Shown: in pieces, positions 22,511 through 34,945 of the stretch
How positions within the stretch are numbered: position 1 is the stretch's first letter
Layout of the letters: each line of letters begins with the position of its first letter
NCBI GenBank assembly: GCA_013265495.1
Contig: MU058824.1
Coordinates: 3,375,111-3,439,110 of the forward strand
DNA: 64,000 bases
Origin: Vicugna vicugna
Taxonomy: Eukaryota
Direction: 5' to 3'
Notes under the pieces: generated by a model
Seen by the model: the letters and a program-made list of their open reading frames with translations, nothing else
Database searches by the model: none
Told to the model about the DNA's origin: nothing
Position numbers and translations under genes: made by a program

Positions 22511-23109
22511 ATCAAGCCTTAATCAAACTGAGACTGGTTCTGAGACTGATGCCAGACTCTTTGGTGCTCTTGGCCCCCAGGGCCTCCCTCTGAGTACCCA
22601 CTGCCCCAGAGGCTCCAGACTGACAGGCATGTCATGGGGTTGGGGTAGATAAAGGGGCATCCAGGGGGGACTCCTGTGTAAATGTGTATGGATACTCGTA
22701 AGGGTGCCTGCAACTGTCAGAGTATGCCTGTGTTGGGCAAGGAGGATGCAGTCAGGGACAATCCCCATTCCCAGGGCCTGAGTGCCCTAACCATCCTCTC
22801 TAGGTCTGTTCCATGATGATCACACTGTTCCAGGCAGGGGTCTTTGGTCGCACAGACTGGGCTCTGAGCCTAGCCTATTGCGCATACACAGGAGCCTGGA
22901 CCAGGTATGTCTGAATCCAGGAATGGCCTCTTTAATACTTGGTTCATTTCCCCATAGGAAGCTCACAGTTGTGAGAGGGACTTTAATTGGTTGTGGGTGA
23001 CCCAGTCTGCTGGACACCTGCTGATTGGCTGGAGGCAGGTCATGCATAGGACGAGGGCCAAGGTGCTGGAGACACGTGGGGTCATGCACAGACCAGAGTT
23101 TGCAGGCAG

Positions 23110-23530
23110 ATGGACTGGGTCTGAATCCCAGCTCTGTCACTTACAAACTGTGTGGTCTAGGTCAGTTCACATTCTCTTCCTAGACCTCAGTTTCTTCAGC
23201 CACAAAATGGGGTTATCAGCACTTACCTTTGAGGGTTATTGTGATTATTAAGCAAGCAAAGTTTGCATGGGCCCTAGGCCCATTCATCAAGCACCCAGGC
23301 CAGGAAGGAGAGAGGTGAGGAGTTCAGGCTCTGGAGCCAGACTGCCTGGGTTTAAATCCCAGCTCTTCCACCCACCAAGGACAAGTTGTTAAATTTCTGC
23401 ATGTCTCAGTATCCTCATCTGTAAAATGGGGATAATAGTAGACCCTCCCTCATGGCTTGCTGAGAGGATGACTACATATAGTGCTTACAACAGCAGGTAA
23501 CATATGTCATGGGTGCTTGATAAATAGCAA
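23110..23530 (+). mobile_element. Two tandem MIR SINEs
   Basis: Two copies of the AATCCCAGCTCT...CTCAGT...AAAATGGGG core, at ~23110-23260 and ~23320-23530. Confidence 0.8.
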
Positions 23531-24519
23531 CACATCCAAGGAAACCTGTACCCCAGGGACAGCAGTTGGTCTGCGACATAGATGCTGAAGCCAGACGCAG
23601 GACAAGTGGGAGGGGCCCAGACCTGTCCCTCAACTCTGCTGGCTTCATCTCTGCCAATGACTGTTCAGGTACTTGCTCCCAGCCTTGGGAGCACCCAGAA
23701 GGCACTCAAAGGCCCTACCTAGTGGTCTCTTCTCTGCTGATTTTATCAGAATCCATTCTGCCCCCTCAGGGCTCAGGTAGGAAACAGAGACAGGCACAGA
23801 GAAATGACATCTGCAGCCTGGGGTCACACAGCAAGTCGCTGGAGGGGCCGGAGCTGGCCCCTTTGGCCACCTGGATCCCTGACCGCTGCCCTGCCCTGCC
23901 ATCTCCCTCCTGTAAATAATACATTAATACATGTCTTATCCACAGACCGTTTATCTGCTAGGCCACCTCAGGAACAATTTCTGAAATACCTCAAACATTG
24001 ACACAAGGTATTTTTCTGTCCCTGAGGTCAGGGCTTCTGGGGATAGCAAAGCCCTGTGGCTCCATCCTCTGTTAATCAGTGGTGATACCTGAGCCCACTC
24101 CTCCCCCACATCAGGAAGGGCCAGGACACTAGGCAAGCCTGTCCACTGGGGGCAGGAGGGGACATGACATGTCAATAAGCCCCTCCCCCAAGGCAAAGCA
24201 CCCAGCTGGTGCTCATTAAGTGCTACCAGGTGCTGGCCTTGGAGCTGGGGCATGAAGCCAGCCGAGTGCCCCTGAGGAGGATCAGGGGAAGTGGTAGAGA
24301 GAGGGAGGGTCTGAACTAGAGAGGGGTCGGAGGCCTGACCTGGCTTCACTGGGTCAAATTACATAATAAGCAGCTCAGATGTATGGAGCTTTTAGTCAGT
24401 TCCAGGCAACGGCAGCCTGGGAGACACCGGGGCAACTGACTGAGGGTTAGGGCCACAGCTCCAGCCGGGGGATGGAAGTTTGGAACATGCAAAACTTCAA
24501 AATGACAGTAAGAAAAGAA

Positions 24520-25560
24520 GTTTTTGTAGAGCTTTTATAAATTCATGTTTGCATTTAAATCTTGAATCTATTTGGAACATTGTGTGTGTATGGTTTGAAG
24601 TGGGGTTCTCCTTAATATTTTCCAAATGGCTAACCAGTTATTTGAGTACTATTTTTAAATGAGCGTTTTTCTGTAGTTTTGGAATAGATAATAAATGCAC
24701 AAGATACACATTCCCAAAGGTACACAGGGTATAATGTGAAAATTGCTTCTCCTACCCTGCCACCCCCCCACTCTCCTATCCTTTCCCCAGAGGTAGTCAC
24801 ATCTGTCCAGAAATGTTTAATACATATAATAATATGCATAGAGTTTTCACATAAATAGTAGCATATACACTCTGCATCACCTCGTTTTTTTCACTGAACA
24901 GTGTATCCTGGAGATCATTCCACATCTGTACACTTAGAGGTGCCTCATTCTTTTTATGGATGCAGAGTATTTCGCTGTAGGCATGAACCTCAAGTAATGA
25001 ACAGTCCTCTACTAATGGACACTTAGAATGTTTCCCATCTTGACTACTACAATGCTGCGACAAGAGCCTTTCACAAATGTCATTTTGCTCGTGGGTAAAT
25101 GCATCTGTAAGATAAATTCCTAGAAGCAGAGTTACTGGGTCCAAAAAATGTGTGCTGTAAATTTTGATAGATATTGATAAAATGCTTTCCAGAGAAGTTA
25201 TTCAATTTATACGATTAGTAATGTATGAAAGCACCTGTTTCTCCAGTGTATTATTTTTCAATGGTGTCTTATTGTAATTTTAATTTACAGTTCTCTTTTG
25301 AGCCAAGTTGAGCACTTTCCAAACATTAAGAGCCATTTCCTTTTCTATAAACCATCTGTAGATAGCCTTTGCCTATTCAGACGAACTGGGCATCTTCGTC
25401 TTAGTGATTTGTAGGCATTATTTGTACAATAAGGAAATTAGCCCTTTGTAACATGAGTCGCAAATATGGTCTTTCCCCATTTTTTTGTTGTAGGATTTTG
25501 TTAATTATTTTTAATGCAGAAATTTTGTATTCACATGGCTTCTAGGCTTTGTCACACAGG
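24520..25560 (-). mobile_element. L1ME-type fragment (antisense), probably resuming at ~26690-26900
   Basis: Minus-strand ORF 24797-25144 (DPVTLLLGIYL...SKCPLVED) resembles the L1 ORF2 C-terminus/3'UTR. Confidence 0.7.
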
Positions 25561-25571
25561 GTGTAGCATAG

Positions 25572-26670
25572 TGTATATATTACTGCATAATGAATATTAT
25601 AATGAAGCCAAAACATAGTGGCTTAAAGCAACAACAATCATTCCACTGTTATCTCTGATGTTTCTAGAAGTTGGCTGGCTTGGCTCAGTGAAACCTCTCA
25701 CTGAAGCTCTTTCTTGGCTGTGTAACCGAGCACGACCCTATGGGACCTTCCCAGAACAGACCTTCCCCTGCCCACATCATGTCTTCTGCCTGCCTCTTGT
25801 CTGTAGGAAAACTTTAGTCTCAAAGGCTTCCCCGAGTTCCAAAGAGCTCATTTAATCAGAGAAGTGAGAAAATGCAGAAAGAAAGGAAAACAGTCAAGCA
25901 AGACAAAACAATAACAGTTTAGCCATTAAACAAAGTCAAGAACATTTAGTTCCCCCTCCAGGGCTATAGATAATACTCTGAGCCATGTCCCTTGAGCTTT
26001 TCGGTAGATACTGAACCCCCCACCAGGTGGAAGAAGGTAACTGTGTGCTGCCCACACGCACGTAGCCCCAAGACGAGCTGGAACCAGAAGGCTGATGATA
26101 CTGACTCCCGATCACCTCACCACTAACCAATCAGAAGAATGTCCATGAGCTGGTCACACACTCCACAACTCCCCTCCTTCACCATGTCTTTAAAAACCTT
26201 TCCCCCAAAGCCACTGGGGACTTCTGGTCTTTTAAGCACTAACTGCCTGGAAGAAACATTGCACTTTCCAACGTGGTGTCAGTAGATTAGCTCTACTGCA
26301 TGCAGGCAAGCAGACCCAAGTTTGGTTTGGTAACAGTTGGGCTGGAGTCAGCTGAAAGCTTCCTCACCCGTGTGTCTGGTTGTGGAGGCTGGCTGTCAGC
26401 AGGGCCCTCTGCTGGGCTGCTGGCCTGAACATCTACCCAGGACCCCTGCATGTGGCCTGGACTTCCTCACAGCCTGCAGCCTGGGCCATTCCAAGAGACA
26501 GACAGGGAAGCTGCCAGACTCTCAGGGCCTGAGCCTGGAAACGGTGCTGCGTGACTTCACCATATTCCACTGGTCACACAGTCACCGAGCCCTCATTCTA
26601 GGAGGGGACAGAGACCCTACCTCTTCATGAGAAGAGTATGGAAGAATTTGGGGGCCATGTTTTAAAATTG
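25572..26670 (-). mobile_element. MLT1 LTR split in two (25572-25720 and 26336-26670) by an ERV LTR
   Basis: AAAACATAGTGGCTTAAAGCAAC on the left; TGTGGCCTGGACTTCCTCACAGC...GGCCATGTTTTAAAA on the right. Confidence 0.7.
25721..26335 (+). mobile_element. ERV1-class solo LTR (615 bp)
   Basis: TGTAAC...GTAACA termini; 4-bp TSD GCTG/GTTG; CCAAT box (~26128) and TATA-like CTTTAAAA (~26188). Confidence 0.8.
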
Positions 26671-28079
26671 CTTTTTTACATAAAAAAACTTTTTCACATT
26701 GGTTTAGTTTTTTAAGACATATATCTCATGCTTTCTAAGCCTGGTACATTTATGGTTTAGTTTTTTTACTGAAATTTTGATCAGTTTCCTTTTTTTTCAT
26801 ATAGCTAGGGAGTTATTCAACAACTTTTTGAATATCACTATTACACTATTACACTATCACCTCACTATTACACTAAATGTGGGTCTTTTAGGGTCTGTTT
26901 CTAAACTCGATACCCTGCTCTGTGCTGTTGAGCTTTCTTTCTAGTTGTATGTGACTGGTCATTTGTGAGACAGTAAGGGGGTGTTGTTGGAAGCCACAAG
27001 GTTTGTGGTCATTTGATATGCGCCCAGTACACGAGTAGAGGTGAGGACATGCCTGGGGGCCCCTTTAGAAGCAGAAAGTTAGGTACTTGTGCCTGTGTCA
27101 TTTCCAAGGCCCTGTGAGAACAAGGCTCATTCAGGTCTGCCTCTGCTGCAAACTGGCCGGGGGCATCAGGCAAAGCACTTCTGTCTGATCCTTGGTTTCC
27201 AAACCACACAATGAGGACAATCATTTGATGTCATGGGGGCTGGTGAGCACTGAGCCCAGGGCTGGGGCCTCGGGGATGCACCGGAAATGTTGACAGAATG
27301 AGATTGGCTTTCACGCTCACCTTTTGGCCAGTGGGAGAAAATGGGCCCCCAGCCATGTCCATGCAGCTGCATGCCTCCCTGTCCCCCACTGGCTTCACTC
27401 CCCAAAGCTGTGGCATTTGCCCCCTGAAGCCCCCTCCCCTGCTCCAGGCCCAGGACCCCTCCTGCCCTTTGGTCAGGGGTGCAAAGAGCTCAAGGGTCTT
27501 GGATTAGGTCAGCCTGGGTGAGGGGTCTGCTCAGCCCTTGGGCATCTGTTATGGGCATCTGGCTTCTGCCTGAACTCTGAGACTTGTCCCCATCTTGACT
27601 TTTGGAATCTGGAAACTTACGGGCCTGAGCCAACCCAACAACCCCCCTGAGCCTTGACCAGCCAACCTGGGCACCCAGCCTTACTCTTTTCTCCACTGTT
27701 GCCCTTGGCCCTGGTCAGAGACCAGCCTTGGTCCTCTGGGCTGGGGTCCCACTGCAGCACCCTGGGACTGACCTTGTAACCTAGACCCCTCCCCACACCC
27801 ACTCAGGCACAGAGTGATCAGCCTGGCATGCACCCCAGAGACACCTGAAGATCAGACAGCTCGGGGGCAGCTGCAGGCTGGGAGGCAGGGAGAGCACAGC
27901 TGCCTCCTGGGACAGAGTAAAGGGCTGGAAAAGGCAGCATGTAGAAAAGTGCCCACCAGTACCGGGCACAGTGTGACTGTCCAGAAATGCTGCTCAAGTC
28001 TCTGATTCAGAATTATGTGCCGCTCAGCTCTCTATTCAGCACATGACTGGTAATAAGATTATTCTGACATGCTATGAGA

Positions 28080-28275
28080 GCTAACATTTACCGAGCGCCA
28101 GCTGTGTGTCCGTGGCTGTCCTTTACATGTGTTATCTCATTTAATTTTCACAGCAACCCTTTGTGGTGGGTGCTATTATTATTCCCATTTTGCAGATGAG
28201 AAACTGAGGCTCAGAAAGTTTAAGAAACTTGCCGAAGGTCTCCCAGCTAAGTGGCTGAGGTGATATTTAAATCTA
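28080..28275 (-). mobile_element. MIR SINE
   Basis: CCCATTTTGCAGATGAGAAACTGAGGCTCAGA. More MIR pieces at ~30590-30790, ~35330-35450, ~44300-44440, ~50750-50830 and ~56000-56110. Confidence 0.85.
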
Positions 28276-29319
28276 AATATGAATGAGTGTGGGCTGTGCT
28301 CTTATCTCCTCTGTTCCCCAACCAGCCAGTGAGAAAAGAAGGGGAAATGGTGTTCTTGATCTTGAGAAAGGTTCAAGGTGCTGCAAGGAGGCAGATGGAT
28401 GCCAGAGAAGGCTTCTTTTAGGAGCAGACTTTGAGCTGGGCCCTGAATCTTGGGGAGGTTTTGGAGAGGCAGTCAGGAGACAGACCAAGGGCACTGCAGT
28501 CATTGGCTGGCTATAGCAGGAGCAAAGGTCCTGAGGTGAAAGCACAGGACCAGATGGGGAGCTGGCATGTGTGGGGAGCTGGCATGTGTAGGGAGCGGCT
28601 GAGACAGGCTAAGCTTTACCCTCAAGCATGAGGATGTGGGAATCATGGATGAGGTTGAACAGGGGAGAGCTGCTCTGAGCCGCATCCCCAGCCAGAGTCC
28701 CTGCCTTGACCACTGTCCTCTCTGCTGCCCCTTCCTGTTCGCCATATCCCTGCCAGTACCAAGACCCCTAAACTCCTGGAGACATGGCAGGGAAATACTT
28801 GGCAACTTGAGATAGGTCTTAACTGCTGGCCTAGCCCAAAGCCTCAGAGCACCCCACAGGGTCAGGACCCCTCACTCTGTGGATGGGCTAGGGGCAGGAA
28901 AGACTCCTTCATGTGCACCCTGCACTGACCCCCCTGAAACCCTCCCCTTTCTTCAGGAGCCCAAGGTCACCTCCCTTGTCAGGAAAATGCTTAATATCAG
29001 TCATGCACACTCTTGTAAAAGGAGCTCGGTTTCTGTGGATACCCTTATCTCATTCTGGGCTCCAAACTAGCTTTATATGAAATGGGAATTTCACTGAAAT
29101 GTCTTGATCACATCAGAAATCTTAGGCATGAACCTTTTTCAATGAGGCTATCACTCCAAACACAGAAAAGGCAAAGGCAATTCAACTGCCCAAACCAGAG
29201 TCTGTGCAAACAGGACCTTGAGTGGAATATGGAAATACCAGCAGGGTTCCTACGAGGCCTTGACAAGATACCTCCCTTCTCTGGGCCCTGATTCCTCATT
29301 TAAGGAAGATGAATTAGAG

Positions 29320-29627
29320 CAGGGATTGGCAAACTTTTCCTGCGAAGGGCCTAGTAGTAAATACTTTCAGTTTTGTGGGCCATATGGTCTGTTACTCAGC
29401 TCTGCCATCCTAGCCCGAGAGCAGCCACAGACAATTCATAAGTGAATGGGTGCGGCTGTGTTCCAATACAACTTTATGTATGGACATTGGAGTTTGAAGT
29501 ACATGGAATTTTCATGTGTCATAAAATATTATTCTTTAGATTTCTTTTTTTGAGCAAGACCCATTCTTGCATGGGCATCAGACAAAAATAGGTGCCCCGA
29601 TTTGGCCTATGGCTGTGGGTAACCCCC
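29320..29627 (+). mobile_element. hAT-Charlie non-autonomous element (MER58B-like)
   Basis: CAGGGATTGGCAAACTTTTC...GGCTGTGTTCCAATACAACTTTAT. Confidence 0.8.
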
Positions 29628-29643
29628 ATACCTCTGGCTGGAG

Positions 29644-29810
29644 CAGAGCTTCTCACTTTAATGTGCACATGAATTACCTGGGCCTCTTGTTAGAGTGCAG
29701 ATTCTGATTCAGTAGACGCGGGGTAGACCTGAGAATCTGCATTTCTGGTAAGCGCCCAAGTGCGGCTGCTGCTGCTGCCGGCCCACGGAGCGCACTGTGA
29801 GTAGCAAGGG
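29644..29810. mobile_element. MER5A-like hAT MITE
   Basis: TGCAGATTCTGATTCAGTAG...GAGAATCTGCATTTCT, with the internal palindrome typical of MER5. Confidence 0.8.
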
Positions 29811-29959
29811 GTTGGGGACTCTGCCAGCTCAGCCACTCTGGGGCCCTAAGTTTCCGATTCCTCTGTCCACTGGAGAAATGCTCACTCAGAGGTCTGGACG
29901 CAAGGGGGTCCCCGCATTTTCTGCACAGTCTTCACCTCTGCTTTTCTTGCTTTATTTCC

Positions 29960-30112
29960 TTACTTTTCATGTTTCTTCTCTCTCACCTCCTGCCAGTAGA
30001 ACATAAGCTCCTTGAGAGCAGGGACTTTGTTGCTTTCTTTGCCACTGTCGTCTTACAGTCTTGCACATAGCAGGTGCTCAGAAAATATTTGTTGAAGAAA
30101 TGAATGAATGAC
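29960..30112 (+). mobile_element. L2 LINE 3' end
   Basis: AAGCTCCTTGAGAGCAGGGAC...CACATAGCAGGTGCTCA...ATATTTGTTGAA...TGAATGA. Confidence 0.8.
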
Positions 30113-33100
30113 ACCTGTGGTGCCTGGTCCTGCCTCCATTACGAATATCCCCGCTGGGACTTTGTCATTCTATCACCACCTAGTGGGCACTCTTGTGTAC
30201 TGCAGGGCAGGGGAGAAAAATGCTCTACATGTTCAAGTCTGACCCACGCACAGGATAGAGGAAGACATTGTGGGCAGAAAACTACCAGTTCTAGTGCCCC
30301 AGTTATTTGTATTCTTGTCTGCTGGCACAGAGCTCCTTAGAGGAGAGCCTTCCTGGAGGCGGTGGCATTTGAGCTGAACAATGAAGCAGTAAAATTTGAA
30401 ATGGTGGGAATGAGAGGGAGAAAAGGCATCCCTGGTAGAAAGAACAGCATGAGCAAAGGCCTGGAGGCTGGAAAGCATGGGCGTGTCCAAAAGGGAAGAG
30501 AAGCAGAAGCGGCTGAGATGGGCAGTGGAAGGTGAGGCAGGATAATCACATAGAAGGAGGCAAGGAGGCCCCAAGGAAAGGCAACTTCCACTTAGTGAGT
30601 GTTTGATCCGTGCCAGGCACTTCGCACACACGAGTTCATTAAATCCCTGCAAAGGCCAGTGAGGTAGATTTTAGGACCCCTATTTTACAGATAAGGAAAC
30701 TGAGGCACAGATTGGTGAAGTGACTTGCCCAAGGTCACACAGCTGGTAAGGGGCAGAACTGGATTTGAATTGAGATGATCTGATTCTCTCCTCCCTGATG
30801 GGAGTTCCTAACCCTGATTTGTGCTTGGAGGGGGCGCATGTTGGTAGGGCACATGTAGGAAGGTAGGAGCTAAGGTCCAAGACACACAGAGCCCAGAATG
30901 CTTAGTTCCTCTGTACTATCTCAGGGCCTGAAAGTGACCTGGGAGCCTCCCTCGGCTCACCCTCATGGTCCTAGAGCCCTGGCCTGGGCAGCAGGATGCC
31001 TAAGTTCCAATCTAGGCTCTCTTCACCTCTTACAATGCCCATTATACAGATATGAAAACTGAGGCCCAGAGAGGGAAAAGAACTTCCTTGATGATGCACA
31101 CCAAGCTGGCTCAGTGTGGCTTTCATGCTGGCCCCTGCCTGGGCTCCCATCTGATGGCTGGAAGCTGATGCTGCCATTCAAAGGGCCTAACCCCTGGACA
31201 CAGAGGGTAGCAGAGGGCCCAGTTGGGTCCCTTGCCCAGCCCAGGCCCTTGGGAAATGTGTTTGAGTTTCAGTTCCCGGTGAAGTGTGTCCCCAGGGATG
31301 TGGTGAGTGTGTGGAGCTGCAGGCTGAGGGGGGACTCCCCAAGGAAGGAGGGGAGACTTAGCAGGACCCGCCCCACAGGCTTCCTGGAGACTGGACTCAC
31401 CAGGGCAGAGGGAGGGCTGGGGGCCACCCAGCTCTCCAGCAGACCTGGATTGCCCCTGGACTTTCAGCCCTGCTGCAACTCTGCATCCAACAAATGGAAG
31501 CCTCCTGCCCCTTTCTCAGACCCTTGGCTGGCTCTCCTGGGGAGCAGAGGGCCCCACCCTGGGGGACTTGCACATGGGGGAGCCACCTCCACCCAGACTG
31601 AACCCAGCTCTGTGTCAGGCTTCAAATTATGTGCTCTCCATCACACAGGCCTGACAGTGGGAACTGTTACGATTCCTCAAGAAAAAGGAGGCTCAGAGAG
31701 GCAGAAGGACTTGCCCAAGGTCACCAGATTGGAGCTGGGCCTCAAATGCAGGTTAGAGTGACAGCATAGCATTTGACCACAGTACCATGTCTTCTCTGAC
31801 CCAAGCCACCAGCCAGCTCCAGTGGCTCCTTCCGGCCACACCCCTGGCTGTTGATGGCCTCAGGCATGTCTCAGCTGTGCTAACATGGGCCTGACCAACA
31901 CACTCCATCTCTCCCTCTAACGCTCACCGTTCTCCTCACCTGCCCATCTTCGCCGCCAATCAGGAGCAGCCACAGGGCAGAGACAGGGTAGGATCCAAGC
32001 CTTTGTGAGGCCCCCAGGCCCAGCCAGCATGGACACTGAGCGAACATGTTCTCTGTGAGTAAGGGAACCCCTGCAATGGCGGACACCATCCCTGTTTTTC
32101 AAATGGGAGAACTGAGGGTTATTAGGGGACTGTGACCTGCTGGGTCACCAGCAGGCTCCAGGCAGAGCAGTGACCTGCCTGGGCTCTTGAGATTCAGTTT
32201 CCCTCCAGGGCATGATTTAGCCTCGAACTTCCCCCAGCAGCTGTGCGAAGTCCTCCATATGGCACCTGGGCCGCTTCCCTGCCTGCCAGGCAGAGGCCCA
32301 TCGCCCCAATGCTGTGACCCCACTGATAAGCAAACCCCTGAATGTGCTTGGGTGGAGACAGCAGGGGAAGATCACCGAGGGCTCCCTGCGGCAGGAGCAC
32401 GTTACTTCTGCTGGGGATTTCTACCAGAACCGTTTCCATAATCCTTCTCAGAGTGTGGCTGGGGTTTAATAATGAGCTGTAATAGCCTGAGGATCTCTTC
32501 TGTGAGCTGGGAACAATGGTGCATTCTTAAACGAGTCCTGCTCCTCTTTTCTCGGTGTCTGAGTTCAGCTGTGGCAAAGTGAGGTGGGGAGCAGGGATCC
32601 AGGACCCTCCAGCAGCAGTGCTCACACAGGGCCAGAGCCCAGCACCTCCATGATATAGATGGAGCCGCGGAGGCCCACGGTGGCTGGGAGGTTGGGGGTA
32701 GCACGACTCCTTAGGAAGACTTGACTGTGGGTGCAGAAGTGTGGAGCAAGGGGTTCCCCAGAAGCAGGCTCTTAGCCGAGGATTCCCATGCAAGTGGTTT
32801 ATCCAGGAAATGCTCCCAGAATGAGCCCAGAAAGAAGTGGGACCCAGGAGTTGGGAGTGCGGGGAAGGGAGAAAGACGGTGTTGTTTCTGGCCTCGTCCT
32901 GCAGAGGGTGGCTTCAGCCTGAACCCAGGGGGAGGCTCTGGAGTGTAAGTTACATCTCAGGGTTGTTGAAACCCCCAGGAAAGGGAGCTGGGCTTTCATA
33001 TTCCCCGCACTCCATCAGTCAGCGCCATCTGAGGAAATCTGGGCTGAATACAGCTTCCTGGAAAAGGAGGCATGGCCTTGCCGTGTGATGTGGGAGCAGG

Positions 33101-34299
33101 ACATGCAGGCTGTGCTGAGGAAAAAGGTTTGAGCAGGACCCGAGGGAGGAGCTCAGGCACACTGCTGGAAGGCAAGGTGGCATGTTGACCTGAGGGAGAC
33201 CAAGGCCCAGTTCTGACTTAGGACAGGCCAAGGAGGTACATGGACCTTGGAGGGGTGGCTCAGTTCCCTGCAAACTGCAGGGGAAGTGCACTCAACCATT
33301 TCAGCAAAAGTCCCATAAACCACCTCCGGAAATCCCTCTCTTATTTGCCGCTGTTTGGGGCCAAAACCCTGAACTGTGACGAGGAGGGACAGATAGCGTA
33401 GGTGAGACGTAGAACTGTCTTATTCAGTCAAAACCGTTCAGAAATGAGTCACTGGCCTGACCTGGGTCCCAAGAGGCTGCACCAACAAGAGCCTAGGGCC
33501 CCAGGCGAGGTGGGCATCAGGACTGGGCCGAAAAGGCGGGGCCACAGTTGACGAGGGGCGACTCAGGGAGGTGGATCTGTATTAGTGGGAACATTTGTCC
33601 CTTTGCTTGACTCCACTTCCCTTCTCTCCTTCCCTCCTGAGAGGCCCCACCTGGACCTCCTGGCTTCCAGTCTCATCTCCAATCCAGTCTCCTGGAGTTG
33701 CCAGAAGGTCCCCCCTAAAAAAAGCAAATCTTTCCTGCCCCTTCTCTGCCTACCACCCTCCATGGCTCTCCATTGCCCTCAGGAGAAGGACCGAAGCCCC
33801 AGCGTTCTCCCACGTCCTCTCCCCGTGATGAAGATGCTTAGCCCGAAGGGCTGAGAGCAGCAAACCTCAGGCAGAAACCAGGAGTCGCAGTGGCTTCCCA
33901 GAGCCCCAGACCAGGCAGTGCGGGCAGCAGCCCAGCTGTCCAGAAGGAGGGAAGAGCAGCCCCGGACCCGCCCCCAGGCCTCCCTCTCTGCCTTTGCCTC
34001 TGTCATTAATTTATGGAAAGCGTCTAAATTGAGAGTGAACACAGTCCTGCAAATCTTATCTAATCCCTGCCTCCACTGGAGAGAGTAGCACTCCAGGAGT
34101 GGAGTTTTTATTATAGTGATTACATTTGGTTTTATTTCTGGAAAACAAACTGAAAATGAAGCACTTAAGGTCTAATTTCCCCAATCACCTGTGGAATGAG
34201 GAAGCTTCCAGGTGGTGCTTGGTGAGGCCATAGGGAGCCTTGCAGTCCTGTAGCCCAAGGAGGGCCTTGGGGGCCAGAGTCTAGCTCATTAAAAATTCC

Positions 34300-34945
34300 T
34301 CTTAGCTCTACCTTTAAGCACAGCTAGAATCCAGCCTCTTCTCTCCCTCTGCTGCCTCCGCCCAGGTCTAAGCCATGGCCACCTCTGCAGTGGCCCCATG
34401 GCCATCTCCCTGTTTCTGCTTTTCGTTGCTCCAGTCTCTGCTCACAGTCAGCCAGAGCCAAGCCTGTTGCTCTTCGGAGAAGCTCTCCAAGGGTCCCTCC
34501 TCCCTGCGGGTAACTCTGGAGTCCTATCAGGCCCATCAGAGCCACAAGATGCCCTCTGATCTCACTCCCCACTTTCTCCTGCCTCCCTGGGATCCTGCAC
34601 TTGCTGTTCCCTTGCCTGGATCATTTTCTCCGATATCCACAGTCTGTACCCTCACTTCCTGCAGATCTCACTCAGAAGTCCGCCCACCGCAGCCTTCTCT
34701 GATTGCACCCAGGCCCCATTCATCAAAGACACCTCACTCTGCTTTATTTATCCCCTTACCACTCACCACCAACCCGAAATATCCTTCTTTTTTGGCATAT
34801 CATCTAGTTTCCCTGTATTCTCCACTGGAAGGTCAGCGCTAAGAGCAAGGGATTTGTTTGTTCACTGACATATCTCCAGTACTGGGAGAGATGCCTGATA
34901 CACAGCAGATGCTCAATAAATATTTATCAAGTGAATGAATGAAGT
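34300..34945 (+). mobile_element. L2 LINE 3' portion
   Basis: Ends GCTCAATAAATATTTATCAAGTGAATGAATGAA. Other L2 pieces on the minus strand at ~30340-30560, ~37660-37920, ~53430-53790 and ~61170-61300. Confidence 0.75.

Noticed and set aside
31114..31761. 215-aa plus-strand ORF
   Set aside because: Non-ATG start, partly MIR-derived, no protein family signature.
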